Positions 1 to 13,307 of a DNA stretch of 64,000 nucleotides are shown here, in pieces; position 1 is the stretch's first letter, and the number at the start of each line of letters is the position of its first letter. A program made the position numbers and the translations under genes. Below the pieces are notes generated by a model, which was not told the DNA's origin, did no database searches, and saw only the letters and a program-made list of their open reading frames with translations. The DNA is taken from assembly GCA_965113315.1 (NCBI GenBank), contig OZ220366.1, one strand, 5' to 3'. This DNA is from Podarcis vaucheri (taxonomy: Eukaryota).

Positions 1-278
1 GATCAGCCAGCTGTGAACTCCTCATTGAGTCAAAAGCACAGCCCATGGTTCTGTTGTCATAGCCTTTCCATTCATTTTGTATTCAATTTTTTTGGGGCTT
101 ATCTTTAATTATGCATACCTTTTGTATCCTTGTTAGTGCTTCTTCAGTGAAGTTCAAACTGGTGCCAATCTTTCAAATAAGCTGTATATACTCTGACTCT
201 TCCTTTAAAGAGCACTATCACCCAATGTCATCACCCAGCTGTCTATATGACCATGTCTTGACATCTGATATCATGGAA

Positions 279-1150
279 TAATAATAATAATAATAATAAT
301 TTATTATTTGTACCCCGCCCATCTGGCTGGGTTTCCCCAGCCACTCTGGGCGGCTTCCACAGAAACCAAAAAAACATTAAAATATCATACATTAAAAGCT
401 TCCCTGAATAGGGCCGCCTTAAGATGTTTTCTGAATGTCAGGTAGTTTTCCATCACCTTGACATCCGATGGGAGGGCATTCCACAGGGCGGGCGCCACCA
501 CCGAAAAGGCCCTCTGCCTGGTTCCCTGTAGCTTCGCTTCTCGCAATGAGGGAACCGCCAGAAGGCCCTCGGCGCTGGACCTCAGTGTCCGGGCAGAACG
601 ATGGGGGTGGAGACGCTCCTTCAGGTATACTGGGCCGAAGCCGTTTAGGGCTTTAAAGGTCAACACCAACACTTTGAATTGTGCTCGGAAACGTACTGGG
701 AGCCAATGTAGGTCTTTCAAGACCGGTGTTATGTGGTCTCGGCGGCCGCCCCCAGTCACCAGTCTAGCTGCCGCATTCTGGATTAGTTGTAGTTTCCGAG
801 TCACCTTCAAAGGTAGCCCCACGTAGAGCGCATTGCAGTAGTCCAAGCGGGAGATAACTAGAGCATGCACCACTCTGGCCAGACAGTCAGCGGGCAGGTA
901 GGGTCTCAGCCTGCGTACCAGGTGGAGTTGGTAGACAGCTGCCCTGGATACAGAATTGACCTGTGCCTCCATGGACAGCTGTGAGTCCAAAATGACTCCC
1001 AGGCTACGCACCTGGTCCTTCAGGGGCACAGTTACCCCATTCAGGACCAGGGAGTCCTCCACACCAGCCCGCCCCCTGTCCCCCAAAAACAGTACTTCTG
1101 TCTTGTCAGGATTCAACCTCAATCCATTAGCCGCCATCCATCCTCCAACA
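279..1150 (-). mobile_element. Young 5'-truncated L2-clade LINE (3' end of ORF2, 3' UTR and (ATT)n tail)
   Basis: Uninterrupted minus-strand frame 385-1150 with L2 ORF2 C-terminal motifs (LRLNPDKTE, LGVILDSQL, SRLDYCNALY, QNAAARLV, HITPVLKDLHWLPV). CpGs are intact. (AAT)n tail at about 279-300 on plus. Candidate TSD ATGGAA at 273-278 and 1151-1156. The first ~10 aa of the ORF-track call come from flanking DNA. Confidence 0.95.
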
Positions 1151-1156
1151 ATGGAA

Positions 1157-1575
1157 GTGCTGGGAGCCCATTCAGACAAGCATCAGACATGGCCTTGGCA
1201 TTGGAAACAACATTAATCTCATCTGTCTATGATCTCCTCAAGGCAGGAGAGAGAAGCCAAACATTCTTGATGGTTTTGAGTGACATTCCTTTGACCTCTG
1301 GTTTTCACCAGTGATCCGATATGGTTGATTTAATGGAAAATTCCAGCAAGAATAGATAACGTCTCCAGAGAGTGGTTCTGCATGTTTTTCAAACAAATCC
1401 CAGAGGCTGTTATTGAATTGCTCCTCCTCCCCAGATGCCCTCAGCTTCTGAATCCTGAATGAGCTTGGTTTGTTATTCCTTTTGTTTACCATCTGTGCCA
1501 TTTCTCTGAGGGAGATGCTAGACTAATATGGCTTATGGGGCCATAATTATACTGATGACACTCAGTCTTCTTTCG
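1157..1575 (+). mobile_element. Ancient, heavily decayed L2 RT fragment
   Basis: Degenerate RT motifs on plus: gagcccattcagacaagcatcagacatggc (resembles DPFQSGFRPG) at about 1163-1195 and cat aat tat act gat gac act cag (HNYTDDTQ, resembles YADDTQ) at 1542-1565, at roughly RT-like spacing. Confidence 0.6.
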
Positions 1576-2692
1576 CTCTTTTGTGTGCACATTTATCTCT
1601 GTATTCTTCCAAAGTCTGGCAAATAATAGAATTCATAATGGATGAACCATGTGAATAAAATAGGTCCACTAATGGGTAGGCTAGTTTTTTTTCTACCGCT
1701 GCCAATACTTTCCAGTTCAGAGATATATATGACCAGAGTCAGAATTCTAATATTCCAATAGTTTCATTTGTGAGTATATATTTTGAAGATGCCTATAGAA
1801 CCAAGGATACTTTCAGATTAATGGAAAAACAGAATTTGAAGGCTGGATTTTAAATTCAACACCTCTTCTATTAAGTAGAACTAATGGTGTGTGTGTGATG
1901 TATCTAGTATTTTATCATTTTAAAGCATACACATTCAGATTAGCCTGGTTTAACCTTTTCTTTCAAATTCAAATGACCTGTGACCACAGGATTATCTGAA
2001 CATGTGGCTAAGACACAAGAAGCCCAACATATTTTGCATATTTCACATGGTGAGATATGGAATGTAAGCTGATTCTGCCTTTGTGAATGGCTGGTACTGT
2101 TGGATAGGATAGTAGATTTTGAGTAAGACCTTCACAAAGATCAACTTATTTGTTTCACCTGTTATGTATAATAATAGTAATATTATATAATTATTATTTC
2201 TACTGCTTATTGACGTAGTAGTAGCTCAGTAGTAGAGCATCTGGTGTTTTTTTGCAGATAGTCCCTGGTCTAATCCCCTGATGTCCCTGGAAGATCAATG
2301 CAGGTGAATATATAGGCACAAACATGTCTACGTATATGCCTTTCAAATTATTGGATTCTTTGAGTGGTGAAAATGTGATGTCTTGTCATGATTTAGCTCC
2401 ATCATAGGCAGATTATAAAAATAATATTGTATCACATGGAAATACATATTAGTTTTCATAGTCCTAATCAGCTTGCTTAGCTACCACACTTCCCACAATC
2501 AACAAATATATTTGTGCTCAAAGCAGTTCATATAAAAAAAATCTTAAATACAAAAGTTATCAAACATAGTAAAATTATATTGCTACAGTATAACACCAAC
2601 AATTCAATAGTTAGCAGTTCATTAAAAATATACGCAATTTTAAAGCAAGCTTACTAATTGGTCAAATAAAGATATCAAATACTTCCACATCT

Positions 2693-3914
2693 CTAAGTAG
2701 CTCCAGACCTGATGGCAACACTGTCAAGGACCTGCTCCTTATACCTAAATACAAAATGCCAAAGAGCCTGCTCAGAGTTCTTCTGGAATTAGCTCCTTTA
2801 TGAAGGCTCTGAGAACAGGAGAGATGACAAGAGAGGTGAAAAGTAGCCAACCTCTGATGGCAAACATGGATTGTCATTCCCCTCTGCAGTCCTTACAGAT
2901 TCCAGATGTAAAGAATTGCTTCTTTTAGCAAGAGAAGACAGTCATAACAGCTTGTGCAGGCAAGGGGAAAGAAATTAGTGTTAAGAACTAGCGGCATGAT
3001 TTCCTGAGGGATGCTGACATAACAAATTATATGCAAACATAACTTAATATGAAAATAAATAAGTCACAGGAAGCCAGGAAGCATCATTAAACTTTAGAGT
3101 ATGGTACCATCATTTACCAGATGAGGAAAGGTTCTCCTTTGTGGTCACTTTTGGGAAGTTGGAGAAATTCTCCAAATTTTCATGTATGCAGGAATTTGGG
3201 GTGTTCCAGTGCTAAAATCTGGTGAATTAATGAGTGGTTTCTGGCTCTGCAAATACATACATCTCTCTATATCTCTGTATATACTAATTATATTAACATA
3301 AAGATGCAGTGTGTGCTATGCCGATGATGTTGCTCCCAAATGACATCTTTGATCATTAGCTTCTATGGCAACAAATCACCTATGCTTGGCCAACTCTTTA
3401 GTATTGCAAAGGTCCATGCAGAATCCAATTCCATATTTGGCTACAACCCTATTTGTTTGGCTATCTATTAGAATGTCCAGTAAATAAACCCTGTAGTGAA
3501 ACATTTAAAAATTGAGCAATTTTTTTATATATTGAAGAAGAAACACTTTTGGAAAATATGTTGAAGGTTTCATGAAAGTGAATAGGTGAGGGAAATATAA
3601 TTAAAACAACTGGACTGACTCAGATTTTCTGGAGCTGCTTATATATTTTCCGATTTTGTCTAAATAGGCAGTTAAAAAGATCATATATCTGGGTATGCTG
3701 TGGAATGAAATGTTTATCACAGATGTTTGGTAAAGGCAAAAAACAACATCTTGCTCCACCAGGGAAGCTATTTTGCTGTAACAAGCAGCTTTAGTTGTGA
3801 AAATATTGAAATATCCCTGAGAATGAGCATAAAAGCTGTTCTGATTTCTTATTGCCCTATTCTTTGTAAATAGCAGATTATGAACTGCTAAGCATTTTAA
3901 ATCCAATGCTCTAT
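2693..3914 (-). CDS. Speculative two-exon 3' end of an unidentified ORF (exons 3914-3620 and 2744-2693)
   Basis: A 295-nt stop-free segment bounded by tttgatAG and GTcagt, phase-compatible with a downstream ttttgtatttAG exon reading EYKEQVLDSVAIRSGAT*. No recognisable homology. Confidence 0.2.
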
Positions 3915-6900
3915 CTATCAAACAAACAAACAATCAAACATTCTGCAAACATCTCCAACTCCAATAAGCAATATAATCCTTCATCTAGCTCACAGATGGT
4001 GGTATCTCTTGGTTCCAGGTTCGATGTGACTCATGGAGGCTTCCCTTTTTGTCCCTAGGGCCTTCTTGTTTGCCCTTCCAAGTTCTATATTTACTGCAGG
4101 AGAGAGGGGATCAGCAAAATGAGGTGCTCGGGCCTGATGTGGATTGAGACTTTAGTTGGTGGGTGGTGGTGGGGCTTTAACCCTTTGTCTCCTTATTGTA
4201 GCTCTGATCCTAATCAGGTTCCCTACACCTGCAATTAGACTTGCCGGAGAAGGAACTGTCTCTGTTCTGGCTCTGTTCATTCAAATGCTTATACTTCCAA
4301 CAGAATTATGCTCCTGGAACGGAAGTAGATGAAAGGCTGTTCTTCCCCAGACACAATTCCACTACACAATTCTGTTATGAGGCATTAGTGCTCCAGATGC
4401 TGCTATGGTCCAGGAGCATTACTGGGAGGAGAGGTAAGGACAGGAAGAATAAATAAATATCTTATCTTATCTTATCTAGGACAGGAAGAGTTAAAGTCCT
4501 CTTTCCTCTATGTCACAGTCCATCCTGCTCTTTGGCTTAACAGAAAATGCACCACCAAACATCTGTTTTGGCCTTTGCTACCTTCATAACTATGACCTGA
4601 TATCTTGTTCTATTCTTCATCTGTTCTGTTCTTGCACTGCAATAAAAGCAAGTCCAGGCAGAAAAACATCTGTTTTTTTTAAAAAATGGTTACTTTGTAG
4701 ATAGGGGTCAGAGAGAAATGTTAGGGGAATGTTAGGGGAAATTGCTTTGCAAAAGTGTGTTTACAGAGTAGAACTGCGTACAAATGTGTATTTGCACTAA
4801 AATTCAGATGAATTTTCATGAGTTCATAAAATTCACAAACTGATCTGAAAATGTGTGTGAACAATTGGGAAAAAGAGAAACCAAAAGAAACATAAATTCA
4901 CAGATTTTCTCATCCCTTTTTGTGGAGCATCAAAATGTTCTTTTAACTCAGGGTGACTAAATGTAACAAATAATAGAACATTTGGAATGGGCTAACTATG
5001 CAATATTTTATTATAAATTAAATTATGGGCAAATAAAATGTATATTTTTGGCCTAATTTAGAACATACATGGGAGAGGCTTATTTCTGTGACTCAATAAG
5101 ACACATATTTTGGAAAGCCACCATTTCAAAGTCTTGTGATGGGTGGTTTCTTAGATCCCTCTCTTAATAAAGCAGACTTTTCAGAGATGGCATTTAAAAG
5201 GCTACATCATTACAACACTCACAATTGACTGAAGTGATTTGTTACTTAATCTTTTGGCCTCATAGTTTACAACTTTTTCTCTCCACCATATGTTATACAT
5301 CTGATGGCAGTGGGCTCAAGTCCACAAAACCTCCCACCACAATAAATACCCTAAATCTTTTTGGTGCCACAGTCTTTTTGGCATTTGTTATAACAGACTA
5401 CTCCTTTGGATGAGGGCCAGCCCTAGTATTAGGAAGACACATATGCCCCAGGCAGCCAATGTTGGGTATCATTAAAAGGCAGAACACGGCTATTGATTTA
5501 ATTTATCATTATTGCATTTTTACTGCCGGGGTGCCGAGAGAGAGAAGCTGTTGTAGGATTTTCTGCCACGGATGCCAAAACAAATTGACCAATTCTATGT
5601 ACTATGACTTATGAGGTGTGGGGTAGGTGGGGAAGTTGCGATTTGCTACTCTGCCTCAGGCAGGAAAATGTCCTAGGCCAGCCCTGCTTCAGAAATTGCT
5701 TGACTGTGTTGGGTAACATCTGATACTGCAATAAAAGTCTCCTTGTTGTGAAGCAAACTCCGTGAACAAGATATATCTTGCTTGGTAAAGCATGAAGTTT
5801 CCTTGGGTAAGAAGTCCTTTACCAAGACAGAGAGTACCAAACTAATGGGCTACCTGGACCAATGATACTCTGACAGCAGCTGCACACCAGGTAGTAATGG
5901 TGCCACTAGAAATAATTTTGAAGATGGGTGGAGTTTAGGGATGGAGGGGAGAGGCTTGAGGTGGGAAGAGGCCAGCAGTGCCTCCTATTCACCAAGAGGC
6001 CACTGTAGTGGTAGCACTAGGGGAAGGACTGCTGAGGAGCGAGCAGAGCCAGTCTCCAAGAAGTGTGCTGCAGCCATTGCAGCCACCATGGCTATGACAG
6101 CAGCAGCAGATGATGTAGTCATTGGAGGCCAGATCTGCTGCCTCTGTAGATCCTGCCCTCCAAGGCACTTGACTCACCTTGCCTCATTGCCATTTTTACA
6201 TTAACCAAACCTACAGATAACAGCACCAAGGATAAAAGTACACTATGGGGGGGGGGTTTAAAAACAATCGAAATCTATGTTTCTGCAGGGTTTAGCAGGC
6301 ATGGGAAACAACATAAGGAAAGAGAATTATTAATCAGAGAATCTAGCTGAGTAAGCAAACCTTCATGTTAATTTCCCTCTCTTCAATACAGTCATTTTAA
6401 GTGTTACTTTCCCCCTTAAAGTCTTTTTTAAATCTCATTTTTTATTGATTTAATTGTTATTGCTTGCGGTTTGTGAATATATTGTTTTTTGAGCACAATA
6501 AAGGACTTGTTTGAGGGGAGTGACCTAAATTATTTTCTTGGCTGGTGCAAGATAGCATCTAGTTTTATAAGCTGATGGCTTGAACTGAATCTGGTAGAAT
6601 TGAATCTGGGCAGCCTTCGCTTGCCCTGTTGATTGACCCAGAATTCCTTGCAGTTACTCTGTATACAAATGTCCTCTCTGTTATTTTAATGAGCTTTTGG
6701 ACAATTATATATCTAAAAGTAAATCATGAACCCAGGATGTCATGTGGAAGGTTTGTTTGGGGGTAGAGAGACAGAAAAGAAAAATAAATCAAATCAGGAT
6801 CAGTGCAGAACACTGTTCATTGGTTTCTGCTTGTTAGATTATCTTGTATGAGGTTTCAAAATATTGCTCTTCTGTTTCCATTTTATGCAACTATCAGATA

Positions 6901-9339
6901 TAAAAGAGAATTAAGTAACATGAGTGAGTGAATCATAACATATTCTTGAAGTTAATCTGCCCAGCAAACAAGGTCCTCGAAGAGTACAGCTGCATTTTTA
7001 CCTTGAGCTTAGTTCATATCTTCTTATATCAGTTTCTCTCAGCTCAGTCTTGCATTTGGCACATTAAAATTCTAGGTGAAATGTGAGCCCTCTAGTCTGA
7101 AGGTAGACAAGTTAAAATCTTGCCCATGAAACCTAAATGTATGGAAATTAAAAAAATACGGCTGCTGATGATCATAATAGAATACATGTAAAACAAATGT
7201 TTTCATTCATTCCTACTCTGCCTGTTTTGCTGGTGGCTTACTTGTCTGATAGTGCATTGAGACAAATTTTAAATCCTGCTTTAGGCAGTACACAGACCAC
7301 ATTATTTAAAAAGAGAATGCAGAAAGTACTCAGCTTCTGCTATCACTGTGCACTTAATCTGATCTGAAAAACAGCTTCATTAGTTTAGCTCATGTTTCAG
7401 GGGGTTTTGGGTGTTTTTTTTGAAAGGGCACACATTTAGTGGCCAGACTGTGAAGGTAGAGGAATCAATCTGGTTCTTGTTCTTACTCAAATAACTCCTG
7501 GGAGATAGAGTGATCTGTTTATAGCTCTGCTTCCCCATCACTGAAATTGAGCATAAGGAAGTATTCTTCTCATCCCTTTGACAGTAGAGAGGTTTAATCA
7601 AATCATCATTTTTACCCCATCTCTATAGCTGACGGTCAGTCACAAAATACGCTTGCTGGTGGTGCACCAGCAGAATCTTTGAGTATTCTCAATCTCTAAT
7701 ATCACAAGTATTTTTCTCATGTCACGTGCATCTCTGTAGTGTGATTGCTGCTTATTGACATTGCCGGTTCTCATGCCAAAGTGGTCGTATATGGAACCAA
7801 GACCCACACAGTTCAGATAAGAGTTGTGAATCTTTCCCTTGCCATAATGCCCGGTTCCAAGTGTCTGAATGATTAGAATTTAGTACTTGGCTAAGATTGT
7901 CTGGGCAAGCACCACCCAAGATGTCTCTCGCATTCAAGGCTTGGCTATACATGTAAAGTTAATGACCTCAATGGCTTGCTGACTTATTGATCATTGAACC
8001 TGAATTGAAGGGCAGCACTGAAAGATTTGGGTCAATGATGCTTTAAGTTATAAGCCTGTATCTAGCCTAAAGGTTCTGGGAAGGGGGCACGAAAAAGTTG
8101 TGGGCCGTTTCATCTGGTCTGCATGCCTTTCTAAGACAAGAGTGTAAGCTCTTTTTATTTAACCCTTATTTTTGCAGCCGTACTGCAACTTATGTATATT
8201 CAAAAATGTTTACTAAGCAAATTCAACAATTGTTAATTTTTCTTGCCACCAATTAACAGAAAAACAGAGAATATAAAAAACAGAGAATAACCCACTAGAA
8301 GAAAATCAAGAATGATGTTTCAGGCATAAGCTATCCTTATAGGTTATAACTATTTATTTTTTGTCTTTGATGCTGCAAAATGTAGTACAAATTCATCAAA
8401 ATCCAGTGTTCTAGTATAATGACTTAAAAGAACAAGATCAGTTTTACATTCATGTAGCATTGAGAATCACTGTGGACCTAAAACTAATGTTAGGTGAGAA
8501 AAGCAGCTTTCAAACTCCACATTTCTATGATTCTATGACTGCGGCAGTACTGCATGGAATGGTCAATGCAAATTTCATTTGGTGGCCTCAAAGGAAAGGC
8601 CAAGTCTGGGAAATGCAGGTCCATATTTTGTGAGCTCATCTGTAAATTGCACCAGGGGTGGTCATTTTTTAATATGGCATTTCACCAACTCATGATCCAA
8701 TTTTAAGTTTCCTAGCTTTGATCTAAAGCTACAGAATACTTGTGAACCTGGTTGAAAAAAGCAGGTGATGGGAGAGAGCTACAGCCACAGTAAATGGCAA
8801 TGTAAGCACACTGATAGTTGTTAAAGTATGTCTTAAAAATGCACCGTAGAGATAAAGCTGGTGATTTTCAAAAATGCCTTTAAAAGCATGTCATGCCTTG
8901 ATTCCACAGCATGCAGGATAATCTCAACTACCTATGTTGAGAGTGTGAGTCCTTCAGCAACAGCAAAATACCTTTTGCAACGAGAAAAGTTCAGAGGCAT
9001 GGCACATAGATGGGGATAAACAAAAGATAAAACTGACAGACAGGAAGTCTAAAGATTAAATTTCATTGGGAAGACTGAAAGTTCACTGTTGAATGATCAT
9101 GTAAATTGTGACATTGTGTTATCTTGATACATTTTTACAAAGTGGGAAGGATACATTACTCACCTTGGTTAATAGAGGGCATCTGTACAAATAGCTAAGG
9201 CAGGACTAGACAAAACACAGCATGTATACTGATGCCTAGTTTTATTAGTGGAGATTACCGTATGCACAGCCTGTATATGGTTAGGGACCAGCGTAGCTTA
9301 AGGAACATCTTCCGCATTAGCCAAACTGATATACTAAGA

Positions 9340-9803
9340 CAGAGGTTTTCCACATTTTTGAGTCCATGGCTCCCTTGACTGACTACATTCTTTCTGTGGC
9401 ACCCCTGTGGGGCTCAGGAGCCCAATTATGTCACCCCTTGCCTGCAAAGCTGGCAGTCCCTCACCCCTTTTCTAACACACTCCCCTATGAGTATTCCATC
9501 AGCCTCTTCTCCTCTCCCCCCTCATTGGGAGTCCTCTGGCCAGCTGCTGCCGTCACCTCTGGTCTCTGAGCTGCCCCCTTGCCCCAAAGAGAGGTGCTTC
9601 TCCGAGGTACCATTTGCCTGCGGAGCTTGTAGCCAGTGCTGGTGAAACAAACAGCTGTGCAAGCCTTTGGGAGGCAGAGATGTGAGAGGACATCAGAGTA
9701 GGCAGGGAAGGAAAGAGGGACAGAGGCCAGTGTTGCCCACAGCACCCCTGATCATCATTCAAGGCACCCCAGGGTGCCACGGCACACTGGTTGAAAACCA
9801 CTG
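9340..9803. mobile_element. hAT (Charlie-like) non-autonomous DNA transposon/MITE
   Basis: Imperfect TIRs CAGAGGTTTTCCA / TTGAAAACCACTG. 8-bp TSD TACTAAGA (9332-9339) / CACTAAGA (9804-9811). No transposase. Confidence 0.85.
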
Positions 9804-10047
9804 CACTAAGATCTTCTTCAGAGTCGTCCTTCTAGGTGGTACTGCCTTCTGAAATGGGGAAGGTGGCAATGAGGGAGTGAACATGTCTGGTTGTGGAACT
9901 CGCAATCAATCAATCAGCGGCTTTCCAAAGTTAAAACCATGCTCAAGGTGGCTTCCAACATGTAAAAAATTACGTAATTGCAAACATAATAAAAGTAAAT
10001 AACAATAACTAAAACATCAGAAATACACATTGAACAATTTCCACATA

Positions 10048-10266
10048 CAGTCATACCTCTTCTTGCGAATGCTTCATGTTGCGTTTTTTCAGGTTAAGAA
10101 CATGGCAAACCCGGAAGTGTTTACTTCTGGGTTTCACCGCACACATATACGCAGAAGCACTCTATCGCACTTTGCACATGCGCAGACGCGCCGCTCTGGT
10201 TATGGACTTTTTGGGGTGCGAATGGCACCCCGGAACAGATCGTGCCCGCAACCAGAGGTACCACTG
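10048..10266. mobile_element. Tc1/mariner (pogo/Tigger-like) MITE, family B
   Basis: Ends CAGTCATACCTC...GAGGTACCACTG flanked by TA on both sides. Homologous to 63156-63416. Confidence 0.85.
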
Positions 10267-11572
10267 TAAACTGTAAGACCTAAAATAAAGATATGAAAAA
10301 TAATATCAATAACAGCACCAGCACCCCTCCACACACAAGAACCACTCCTAAACAGTACCCTAGCCCAGAGGGGTTCACCTGGCCCCCCATGTAAATGTCT
10401 TTTAGGTGCTAGACAAAACCTTTTCTTATTTTCCCTAGCCTTTTAACTTCCAGCATTTAAAAAAAAATCTGCCTTGAGTGTTCTAAGTGCTGACTTTCCC
10501 TATTGCAAATTGTTTTCTTGATCATTGCTGCTTGTAGTCTTTTAATGGGTTATTCTAAACCACTGGAAATTCTGAAATGTAAAGCAGCATAGGAATGTAT
10601 TAAATAAATAACTAAAACAATGTGTATCTGAGACCTATGCAGACTGAGGAAGAGCAGAGGTGCTATGATGTAGGCGGAGATGTGAGGGCAAGGGAGTTTA
10701 TCATTTCTGTTCAGGAGGGGGAAGTGTTAGCATTTAAGTTCAGGTGTGTGTGCTGGGGAAGGGGAGCCTCTCTCCTGGTTCTGGTACCTGTTCCTTCTCC
10801 TGCCACTTCCTGGAAAGAGTGGTTTTATTTCTTCTGTTCATGTGTCTGGCACCTATGTCAACATTCTTGGAAGTCCTGACATTTATCCCTGCGCTGAGGT
10901 GGCCGTAGGTTATTATGTGATTAAAGTGCTGACTAAGTGAAAGACTTTCAAAAAAGCAATCCCCCCCCTGTTTTTCTTATGATCAGATATCCCATGGTCC
11001 TACTGCAAAAATTATAAAAGCTCTCAACCGATGAGATGTGTAAGCACAAAGAGCTTTGCCTTCAGTGAAACAGAAAGCACAAGTAGAATGCCTGAGTCCA
11101 TGAGGTTCATAAATAGCAGCTTGCTGGCATAGCCAAAGAAGAATAAACTTTGTAAAGAAATATCTTTACTGTTGTTTTTCAAGCAGTATGGACATTCTCT
11201 AAGTATGTGCATGCATAATAGGGGAGGGTATGCACAGTTAAGCCTCCTCTCCACATAAAGAAATGGTCTGTGCCAGAAACTCGGCCTGTTGTTTTGCTTC
11301 CTAGCTGGTGGGTGGGCCTGGCTCCAGTTCTCTCCTACAGTGGTATGTTAAAGAAAAATAAGTCGCTTGGAAAAATAGACCCGTGACAATAGCTTATATT
11401 GCTAAGTTAAGGAACGAAGAATCGCTAGTCCAACCTGGTGGCTTTCATATGTTTTGCACGATATCAGCTGATATCAAAAGATCTTGAGGGTGAAGGCTGT
11501 ATGAGACAATAGCCAATACTCACCTTTTGGCCTCAAAACTTATTCCTGCACCCTCCCTTTCACTTTACTGAA

Positions 11573-11625
<53 letters not shown>

Positions 11626-11770
11626 TGATGATGATGATGATGCCACTTATCTGACCAGGTTGCCCCAGCCACTCTGGGCTGCTTCCAACAAATTATAAAA
11701 CCACAGTAAAACATCAAACATTAAAAACTTCCCTAGACAGGGCTGCTTTCAAATGTCTTCTAAAGGTCAC
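11573..11770 (-). mobile_element. L2 3'-terminal fragment with expanded (AAT)n(GAT)n tail
   Basis: ccccagccactctgggc..cttcca and acattaaaa..ttccct..a.agggc.gc match the 3' UTR/ORF end of the L2 at 310-430. Confidence 0.85.
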
Positions 11771-11995
11771 CTCTGACATAGCAGGGTCACATTGATATTT
11801 CCTCCATCCACAACTTTAGGACAATTAGTGTTGGTAACCTCTGTGCCTAAGAATGCTGTCATGTGATCTCCAGTTATAAGGTTTTCACTGGAAGCAGCAT
11901 GCTATCCCCCCCCCCTTCACTGTTTGCCTCCGGAGTAAAAGGAAACATATTCAGATCCTTGCATGCTACAAGATATCTTAGCAGATCACATTGAA

Positions 11996-12060
<65 letters not shown>
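11996..12060. repeat. Compound (AC)n(AG)n microsatellite
   Basis: Direct reading of the sequence. Confidence 0.98.
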
Positions 12061-12066
<6 letters not shown>

Positions 12067-13255
12067 GGTATTTAAAGGAAAAATAGGGGAAGAGGAAGTA
12101 ACTTGAGGACAGAGGCATGCAGGTAAAAAGGTGGGAGGTCCATTTGAGTCATGAAGGGACAGCAAACTCTGTGGGTCTTTCTGTTAGTTGTAGAGCTCAG
12201 GGGATGGGAAGAGGATTAGCAAGGTGTATTGGGAGGAGGGTGATGTAGGATGTGAGGTTGGCAGGCGATAGGTGGGCTTGGAGAGTGAAGTGAGTGGGGC
12301 ACAGCTCCTAGTAGGAAATATGTACTTGTGAATGGACAGAGCCGTGTGTGCAGCTCAGCCTGCCATAAGCTTATCTGGTAGTTTTTGGTGCCACAGAAGA
12401 TGCTCCTCATTTACAGTGTTAATGTAAGAGTCCGTTGTCAGCACAGTTGGATTTTGTACATGCAATGGGAAGAGGTATCCTCTCATTATGGGGGGGGGGG
12501 GCAGCCCTGTACATATACACTGGGCCTGCATAATTCTAGAAATCTAGGTGGGAATATACTGTCAGAAATATAAGGGTCGTGCAAAGGAAAAATAATGTAG
12601 CAGAGGTGTAAATTTCATTAGAAACAGACAATATTGGTATTTCCTCTGGAGATCCTTGAGGAACCAATGCAACTGCTGATGACAACAACTTTCAGCACAC
12701 AGAGAACAGTCAATCAAACCTTGAAGTGTAGATTTCAATATAAGCTTTTTGATGGACTACATTAAAATTCTGTGGTTGTGAAACCAGAACTGTAATTTTA
12801 CATTTCAAACTGTGAAAAATTCCTGTGGATCCATGAAAAGTATTCATTTCTATATAAAAAGGGGGCCATATTAATTAAAGTATTTTTATTATATATTTCT
12901 AATTCTGTGCAATAATATACCCCACAGATCTTTAGACGCATGGGAGTTACTTAGAATGAATGCCTGGAACATCAGATACATTTTCAAAGCAGGTTTGATA
13001 CAACATGTTAACACCCCTTATATTGCACGTTCATTGTGTGCCAACAAAAATTCCCTTTTAAACTGAAATATTTATAGTAAAGAAAAAGGGTGGGTGGGTC
13101 AGACAAATTGTATGGATTTGTTTTATGGATAAATGTGAAAGCACAAAATGCGAGAAAGGAGGAAAAAAGGAAAGTTCTTCTGGAAAAGGAAGAACTCTGG
13201 CAGTCAACTGATAGAATGAAGTTCAACCAAACATCCAGTTTTGGCACTGTTAGTA

Positions 13256-13257
<2 letters not shown>

Positions 13258-13306
<49 letters not shown>
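13258..13306. repeat. (GT)n microsatellite
   Basis: Direct reading of the sequence. Confidence 0.98.

Positions 13307-13307
<1 letters not shown>

Noticed and set aside
458-826. 122-aa plus-strand ORF
   Set aside because: It is the antisense shadow of the GC-rich L2 ORF2.
7002-7132. Minus-strand exon-like unit (tttAG ... AAG|GTAAAA)
   Set aside because: All three frames contain stops.
11524-11567. Minus-strand exon with strong AG / GTGAGT signals
   Set aside because: All three frames contain stops and the acceptor tract is supplied by an L2 microsatellite tail. At most it is a non-coding or cryptic exon.
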